From Eledone cirrhosa (taxonomy: Eukaryota): a stretch of DNA of 64,000 nt. Position numbers and translations under genes: made by a program. The notes under the pieces were generated by a model, which saw nothing but the letters and a program-made list of their open reading frames with translations, was not told the DNA's origin and made no database searches. This document shows, in pieces, positions 54,638 to 64,000 of the stretch. The stretch lies in assembly GCA_964016885.1 (NCBI GenBank), contig OZ024742.1, forward strand, positions 264,554,001 to 264,618,000, read 5' to 3'. The first letter of the stretch is position 1. Each line of letters starts with the position of its first letter.

Positions 54638-56478
54638 ATCATCATCATCATCAACGTTTAACGTCCATGTTCCACGCTTGCATGGGTTTGGACGGGGGTT
54701 TCCCACTTGAGGCAAGAGTGGTTGTCTTGCTCGCATAGGACTGTCTGGCGGGTTTTCTACAGCTGGATGCCCTTCCTAACACCAACCACATTTACAGTGT
54801 GGGGCTGGGAGGTTTTTACCGTGTTGCCTACACGGCCACATTACAGCGTGGACTGTGTGTTTTTTTGTCGTGACACCTACACGATCTCATTTGTTTCGGC
54901 TTGGATGCTGTGGCACCAACATAACTTTACATTGAAAGGGGCGGTGTGGATGGGGTGGGGGGACGGGGGGACGGGGGTGTGCTTTGTTAGAGATGCCTAC
55001 TGAGTGTAGTAGGTTTTACTTTGTATTTAGTTCGTTTATGCTTAGCTGTTCTCGTATATTACTATTACACATCCAGCGGAGCATGCAAGCTTCGTTCCTC
55101 TCTAGTCTGCGTATATCCTCTGCACACAATGCCCAGGTCTCACTGCCATGCAGCATTGCTGTTCGTATGCAGGCATCATATAACATGCCTTTCATTTTTA
55201 GGGAGAACCCTTTAGCGGCTAATAGTGGTATAAGCTCTCTGAACTTTTTCCATCCAGTTCTGACTCTAGCTACTGTACTTTCAGAGCACCCTCCCCCACT
55301 GCTGATTTTGTCACCCAGGTAACGGAAGCTGTCCACTATTTCTATAGAACCTTCCGCGCAATTGAAAGAGCTAGTATTTAGTGGGCACTTGCTGCTACTT
55401 ATTGCACCAGAGCACTGGCCACATGTAAAATCTATGTTCTTAGTTAGCTTACCTGTGATCCCACTACATCTTTTATGCACCCATACTTTGCATTTGGGAC
55501 ATAGAATGGAGTTTCTACCTACGCCTTTCCTACACACTGAGCATGGCCATTTCCCGGAAGGGACCGCCACCTTATTTTCTTTCCTACAAACTAGAACTTT
55601 AGTCTTAGCCAGGTTAATTTTAAGGCCTTTTGATTCTAGGCCGTGCTTCCATGTTTGGAATTTCTTCTCTAGCTCGGTCATTGATTCAGTTATGAGCGTT
55701 AGATCATCTGCGTATAGGAGTTCCCATGGGCAGCCAGTCTTGAACTCCTCTGTTATAGCCTGAAGGGCAATAATAAATAGTAGGGGGCTAAGAACAGAGC
55801 CCTGATGGACACCAACTTTTACGCTAAACTCTTCACTATATTCGTTGTTAATTCTAACCTTGCTGACTGTTTCTTTATATATGGCTTGTATAGCTCTCAC
55901 AAGCCATTCGTCGACACCTAGTTTTCTAAGAGCCCACCAGATAATGGAACGGGGGACCCTGTCAAAGGCTTTCTCCAAGTCAACAAAAGCTAAGTATAGG
56001 GGTTTACTTTTAGCTAGGTACTTCTCCTGTAGTTGTCGTACAATGAAAAGAGCGTCTGTGGTACTTTTGCCTGACACAAACCCGAACTGCATTTCATCTA
56101 GATCAATTCTCTCTCTGATTAGTTGCGCTATTACTTTTTCCGTGACCTTCATGACCTGGTCGATTAATTTAATGCCTCTATAGTTACTATCTAGGGCATC
56201 TCCTTTTCCCTTATAGCAGTTAACGATGATGCTGCTACGCCAGTCCTTCGGAACAACCCCATTCTGTACGACTTGGTTAACTATCCGGGTGACCATGGTG
56301 TGTCCCACCGAACCAGATGCCTTCAGCATCTCAGCAACTATTTCCAAAGGACGAGCCGCCTTACCTGTCTTCATATCTTTGATTGCCTTGCTTATTGTAC
56401 TACCCTGGACTAACACTGCTGGTCCCTCTATTGAGTCGATGTGGGGGAGACTGTCTTTCTCCCATTTGTTCTCCTCAT
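54638..56478 (-). mobile_element. 5'-truncated family A RTE copy with a 269-bp internal deletion
   Basis: RT and PHD remain open (ORF 55016-56478); the junction at 55030/55031 lacks the segment corresponding to 59541-59809. Confidence 0.97.
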
Positions 56479-56495
56479 ACATATATATGTATGTA

Positions 56496-56564
<69 letters not shown>

Positions 56565-56569
56565 ATATG

Positions 56570-56617
<48 letters not shown>

Positions 56618-56911
56618 TAAGCGGACAGTACTTGATTTAGGAGTCGCAGAAACCCAAATGCTGGATTTCCACCAACCATCGAGGGGTCCGGGTAAATTTT
56701 TCAATCATATTTTTTCTATTTGTTTGACCCGAATTACTTGGTGGTTTCTATGGCTGTGCGGATAATGGTTTAACCATCGTCTCAGTGTGTTTGGCCTTTT
56801 ATCGTATACGTATATTATAACTCTGGTTCGTTAGAGTCTATTGAGCGCTTGCCACACATCTCGGAATTTGTTTTTCGCTAATTTCCAATAGCCGAAATAC
56901 GATTCTCGCTA

Positions 56912-57392
<481 letters not shown>

Positions 57393-58032
57393 GGAGGTGA
57401 GTAATATTGTAGAACAATAAAACTAAGCATATATCAGATAAGTAGCACTCAACAGTTGGTAGAACTGGAGTATATATTAAAGAAGAAATTAAAAGATGGT
57501 TTTAATTTTTAATTATGGCATACATAGACTATTCTTATTTTTATTTTTATTTTTTATTCTATCTTATTTTATTTTATTTTATTTTAATTTAAAAACCTTT
57601 TTTACAATTATTTTAATTTAATTTAATTTAATTTTATTTTATTTTATTTTATTAATACATTTTTACACTTCTTAATCTAATGTTTAGTATATAAAATAAT
57701 ATACCCAGTTTCTATATTCTAGACCTCTAATAGTTGTAATATTCGCACATACACTTCATCAATTTATTTATTTATTTTTTTTTTTTAGTCCTTATTTACA
57801 GCTGTTTTCATTTTGACAGCGTTCCTGATCAGAAGTCTCTCTCTCTCTCTTTTTCCCTTTCTCTCTGCTCCTTCTTTCTTTCTTTTTTCCTCTCTTCTAT
57901 TTCTTTTTCCTTTTACCTTGTTCTTTCCGTTTATTCTTTTTTCCTATTTTTCTCTTCCTCTTATATTTTTGTCATAGGTAGACTGGACACTTTCTTGTTC
58001 ACAAGTGTTTTTAGGCCTCATATCATGTTACC

Positions 58033-59143
<1,111 letters not shown>

Positions 59144-59536
59144 CATCATCATCATCATCATCATCAGCGTTTAACGTCCGTGTTCCACGCTTGCATGGGT
59201 TTGGACGGGGGTAGTCCCACTTGAGGCAAGAGTGATTGTCTTGCTCGCATAGGACTGTCTGGCAGGTTTTCTACAGTTGGATGCCCTTCCTAACACCAAC
59301 CACATTTACAGTGTGGGTCTGGGAGGTTTTTACCGTGTTGCCTACACGGCCACATTACAGCGTGGACTGTGTGTTTTTTTGTCGTGACACCTACACGATC
59401 TCATTTGTTTCGGCCTCGATGGCGCGGCACCAACATAACTTTACATAGAACGGGGTGGTGTGGATCGGGTGGGGGTGGTGGGACGGGGTGTATTTGTTAG
59501 AGATGCCTACTGGCTGGAGTAGGTTTTACTATATAT

Positions 59537-62500
59537 TTAGGTAAGGCGGGTCTTCTCTGTTACTGAGTACCGCCAAAGGTCTCGGTCCAGTGACATTGTC
59601 TTGGAGAGGTGTAAGTGTGTGATGTCGGAGTTTATCAGCTCGTCCCAGGTTTTTCTAGGTCTGCCTATTCCGTGACTACCGTCTATCTTTATTGCCCTGC
59701 ACTTTGTTATACAGCTATCGACTTTCATGCGCATCACGTGTCCATACCAACGTAGCCTTCTCTCGAGTAAACAACATCTGATCCCTCTTATCTCTAATTT
59801 ATTCCTTAGTTCGTTTATGCTTTGCCGTTCACGTATATTACTGTTACACATCCAGCGGAGCATGCAAGCTTCGTTCCTCTCTAGTCTGCGTATATCCTCT
59901 GCACACAATGCCCAGGTCTCACTGCCATGCAGCATTGCTGTTCGTATGCAGGCATCGTACAACCTGCCTTTCATTTTTAGTGAGAACCCTTTAGCAGCTA
60001 ATAGTGGTATAAGCTCTCTGAACTTTTTCCAACCAGTTCTGACTCTAGCTACAGTACTTTCAGAGCACCCTCCCCCACTGCTGATTTTATCGCCCAGGTA
60101 ACGGAAGCTGTCCACTATTTCTATAGAACCCTCTGCGCAATTGAAAGAGCTAGTAGTTTGTGGGCACTTGCTGCTACTTATTGCACCAGAGCACCGGCCA
60201 CATGTAAAATCTATGTTCTTAGTTAGCCTACCTGTGATCCCACTACATCTTTTATGCACCCATACTTTGCATTTAGGACATAAAATGGAGTTTCTACCTA
60301 CGCCTTTCCTACACACCGAGCACGACCATTTCCCAGAAGGGACCGCCGCCTTGTTTTCTTTCCTACAAACTAGTACTTTGGTCTTAGCCAGGTTAATTTT
60401 AAGTCCTTTTGACTCTAGGCCGTGCTTCCATGTTTGGAATTTCTTCTCTAGCTCGGCCATTGATTCCGCTATGAGTGTCAGGTCGTCTGCGTATAGGAGT
60501 TCCCATGGGCAGCCTGTCTTGAACTCCTCTGTTATGGCCTGAAGGGCAATAATAAATAGTAGTGGACTGAGAACAGAGCCCTGATGGACGCCGACTTTTA
60601 CGCTAAACTCTTCACTATATTCGTTGTTAATTCTAACCTTGCTGACTGTTTCTTTATACATGGCTTGTATAGCCCTCACAAGCCATTCGTCAACGCCTAG
60701 TTTTCTAAGAGCCCACCAGATAATGGAGCGGGGGACTCTGTCGAAGGCTTTCTCCAAGTCGACAAAAGCTAAGTAGAGGGGTTTACCTTTAGCTAGGTAC
60801 TTCTCTTGTAGTTGTCGTACTATGAAAAGAGCGTCTGTGGTACTTTTGCCTGACACAAACCCGAACTGCATTTCATCTAGGTCAATTCTCTCTCTGATTA
60901 GCTGCGCTATTACTCTTTCCGTGACCTTCATGACCTGGTCGATTAATTTAATGCCTCTATAGTTACTCCTATCTAGGGCGTCTCCTTTACCCTTATAACA
61001 GTTAACGATGATGCTGCTATGCCAGTCCTTCGGAACAACCCCGTTTTGTACGACTTGGTTAACTATGCGGGTGACCATGGTGTGTCCCACCGTGCCAGAT
61101 GCCTTCAGCATCTCAGCAACTATTTCCGAAGGCCCAGCCGCCTTACCAGTCTTCATATCCTTGATTGCCTTACTTATTATACTCCCCTCGACTAACACTG
61201 CTGGTCCCTCTATTGGGTCGATATGGGGGAGACTGCCTTTCTCCCAATTATTCTCCTCATTTAGAAGCCTTTCATAGTGACACTTCCAAGCTACCTTCTT
61301 ATCAGCGTCGGTGATGGCAAGTGTGCCATCGTCGTTTAGTACACACTTCTCCCCGACAATATCACGGTTTTCCTTGACGCATTGCCTAGCAATCCTGAAC
61401 ACCTCACGTTTTTGGTCATCGCGTTGTAGAACATGCTTGAACTTTCTTTCCTCAGCTTCCCTTCTTGCTAAGTACACTTGTCTCCTAGCTTCCCTCCTGG
61501 CCACTTGATAGTCCTCTCTACTTCCCCCATCCCGCCATACTTTCCAAGCCTGCTTTTTGGCCTTAATTGACCCCTCCACCTTACTGTTCCACCACCATGT
61601 TACTCTCCTCCTGCCTACAGGCCTGCTCCAGCCACAGACCTCGTCTGTCGCCAACAGCAGGTTTGCTTTCAGAAATTCCCACTCTCCCTCTATATTGTCC
61701 GACTCTAAATGTTCTTCCTTACTGTCGAAAGCATCAAGTAATATGCTTTGAAATTTATTCCTGGCTGTGGGGTCCTTTAACTTCCATATTTTCCTCCTGA
61801 GGATAGTCCTCTTCTGTTGTCGAGTACGTCTCGTCCTGACTATGAGGTCGCTAATTATCAGTCTATGTTGGGAGGTGCATTCTTCATGGGGGAGGGATTT
61901 AGTGTTAACAACAGACACTCTGTCACGTCTTCTGGTAAGGATATAATCTACCTGGCTTGTGTGTTCCCCGGATCTATAGGTGATCAGGTGATTGTCACGT
62001 TTTTTGAAGTTAGTGTTACAGATAGTTAGGTTATTTGCATCACAGAATTCCAGGATTCTGGAGCCTTCCTCATTTCTAGTACCAAACCCATAGCCTCCAT
62101 GGATTTCGTCGTAGCCGTCACAATGTTGTCCAACGTGACCATTTAGGTCGCCTGCGATAATTATATAGTCACTGTCGGATATTTGGGAGGTAGTTAGCAT
62201 CAGTGTCTCATAGAATCTGTCTTTTATAGTGCCGGGCAGTCCGGATTGGGGTGCGTACGCAGATATTACTGTCACCGTAGTTCTATTGAGGACAAGTCGT
62301 ATTTTAATTATTCTGTCGTTCACTCTATTTACGTCTATTATCTTATCTGCCCACTTTTCTGCTACCATGATTCCTACTCCACCCAGCCCATCGTCGTTTC
62401 CCACCCAGAAAAGCTTATAACAACGTTTTTTACCCTCAATGAACCTAGCAGACCCACCCCTCCACCTGGTCTCTTGAATACAACAAACATCGACCTCCTT

Positions 62501-62767
62501 ACGTTCAAGCATTTCTACAACCTCGTTAGCGCGACCCTTTAGGGTGCCTACATTTATGGTACCAACTCTGAAGTTTTGGATTGCGTTTGGGGGTTGGGGG
62601 CGGTGAGGGGCGGGGGGCGATGGTGTTATGTTAGCCGTCCGCGGTCGAAACAATGAGGAGTGCTCGCATTCTCGTCCAAGGGGTGAATTTGTCTTTATCT
62701 TTGGCATTGTCGCTGAGCGTCCAGATTTTTCTCTCTCACCTCCACTCTCCAGGATTCCGCAGTCCAT
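59537..62767 (-). CDS. RTE ORF: APE endonuclease plus reverse transcriptase with an inserted PHD finger (first in-frame ATG 62767, alternative 62707)
   Basis: EN motifs TINV, IQETRW, SAYAPQ, GDLNGH, QVDYIL, SQH. RT motifs [40 protein letters not shown]. No stops. Confidence 0.97.
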   Translation of the reverse strand: MDCGILESGGEREKSGRSATMPKIKTNSPLGRECEHSSLFRPRTANITPSPPAPHRPQPPNAIQNFRVGTINVGTLKGRANEVVEMLERKEVDVCCIQETRWRGGSARFIEGKKRCYKLFWVGNDDGLGGVGIMVAEKWADKIIDVNRVNDRIIKIRLVLNRTTVTVISAYAPQSGLPGTIKDRFYETLMLTTSQISDSDYIIIAGDLNGHVGQHCDGYDEIHGGYGFGTRNEEGSRILEFCDANNLTICNTNFKKRDNHLITYRSGEHTSQVDYILTRRRDRVSVVNTKSLPHEECTSQHRLIISDLIVRTRRTRQQKRTILRRKIWKLKDPTARNKFQSILLDAFDSKEEHLESDNIEGEWEFLKANLLLATDEVCGWSRPVGRRRVTWWWNSKVEGSIKAKKQAWKVWRDGGSREDYQVARREARRQVYLARREAEERKFKHVLQRDDQKREVFRIARQCVKENRDIVGEKCVLNDDGTLAITDADKKVAWKCHYERLLNEENNWEKGSLPHIDPIEGPAVLVEGSIISKAIKDMKTGKAAGPSEIVAEMLKASGTVGHTMVTRIVNQVVQNGVVPKDWHSSIIVNCYKGKGDALDRSNYRGIKLIDQVMKVTERVIAQLIRERIDLDEMQFGFVSGKSTTDALFIVRQLQEKYLAKGKPLYLAFVDLEKAFDRVPRSIIWWALRKLGVDEWLVRAIQAMYKETVSKVRINNEYSEEFSVKVGVHQGSVLSPLLFIIALQAITEEFKTGCPWELLYADDLTLIAESMAELEKKFQTWKHGLESKGLKINLAKTKVLVCRKENKAAVPSGKWSCSVCRKGVGRNSILCPKCKVWVHKRCSGITGRLTKNIDFTCGRCSGAISSSKCPQTTSSFNCAEGSIEIVDSFRYLGDKISSGGGCSESTVARVRTGWKKFRELIPLLAAKGFSLKMKGRLYDACIRTAMLHGSETWALCAEDIRRLERNEACMLRWMCNSNIRERQSINELRNKLEIRGIRCCLLERRLRWYGHVMRMKVDSCITKCRAIKIDGSHGIGRPRKTWDELINSDITHLHLSKTMSLDRDLWRYSVTEKTRLT
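60191..60328 (-). other. C4HC3 PHD-finger coding segment within the RT
   Basis: [46 protein letters not shown] = C-x2-C-x10-C-x2-C-x4-H-x2-C-x14-C-x2-C. Confidence 0.9.
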
Positions 62768-62831
62768 CCATCCATCATATATCGTATATCGAAAGGCAAC
62801 CAGGCAAGCGATAGTATAGGCCTCTGGTTTC

Positions 62832-62895
62832 TGATTGGTCCGCGTAATAATACTGGTGATACGTGGGGGCTGTTTTATGATTGGTCCACGTAATA
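62832..62895 (-). promoter_or_regulatory. Duplicated CCAAT-containing motif in the RTE 5' UTR
   Basis: TATTACG(C/T)GGACCAATCA occurs twice, 46 bp apart; function is inferred. Confidence 0.45.
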
Positions 62896-62935
62896 GCAAT
62901 GGTGGTGTGTGGGGGTGGGAGGGAGGGATGTTGGG

Positions 62936-64000
<1,065 letters not shown>

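Noticed and set aside
56479-56704. Apparent novel N-terminus fused to the RT in the 562-aa ORF
   Set aside because: Read-through across flanking DNA and a TA microsatellite upstream of the truncation point.
57785-57840. Hammerhead-like CTGATCA...GAAAACAGCTGTA on the minus strand
   Set aside because: The core is mutated and stems I and II do not pair convincingly; at best a decayed pLTR.
60141-61751. Antisense ORFs recurring in every RTE copy
   Set aside because: Shadows of the coding strand that recur only because the copies are recent; no recognisable domain.
62768-62899. N-terminal extension of the 1120-aa ORF call
   Set aside because: It starts at a non-ATG codon; the first in-frame ATG is at 62767, so this part is treated as 5' UTR.

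Overview
AT-rich eukaryotic DNA with no host gene I can support. The repeat content (tRNA-derived SINEs resembling octopus families, RTE, Dong/R4, Penelope, long TA/CA microsatellites) points by inference to an octopod cephalopod intron or intergenic region. The main feature is an apparently intact, young RTE-clade LINE on the minus strand (59142-63517; ORF 59537-62767). Its single ORF encodes APE endonuclease and RT, with a C4HC3 PHD finger inserted inside the RT domain. Three close 5'-truncated copies lie at 13.4, 43.7 and 54.6 kb, all abutting (TA)n. The second notable system is a short non-coding element family (5.5, 11.9, 50.4 kb) carrying an atypical minimal type I hammerhead ribozyme with compensatory stem II changes, downstream of a conserved YY1-like motif. 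Further hammerhead motifs occur at 33.3, 38.0, 38.2 and 53.8 kb. Also present: Penelope, Vingi-like, L1/Tx1, Dong/R4, Gypsy and CR1-like relics, a non-autonomous Helitron, TTAA-flanked MITEs, a bipartite RTE-derived element, several hairpins and kb-scale microsatellites whose ORFs are spurious. Family names come from motif recognition, not database searches, and boundaries of decayed elements are approximate.
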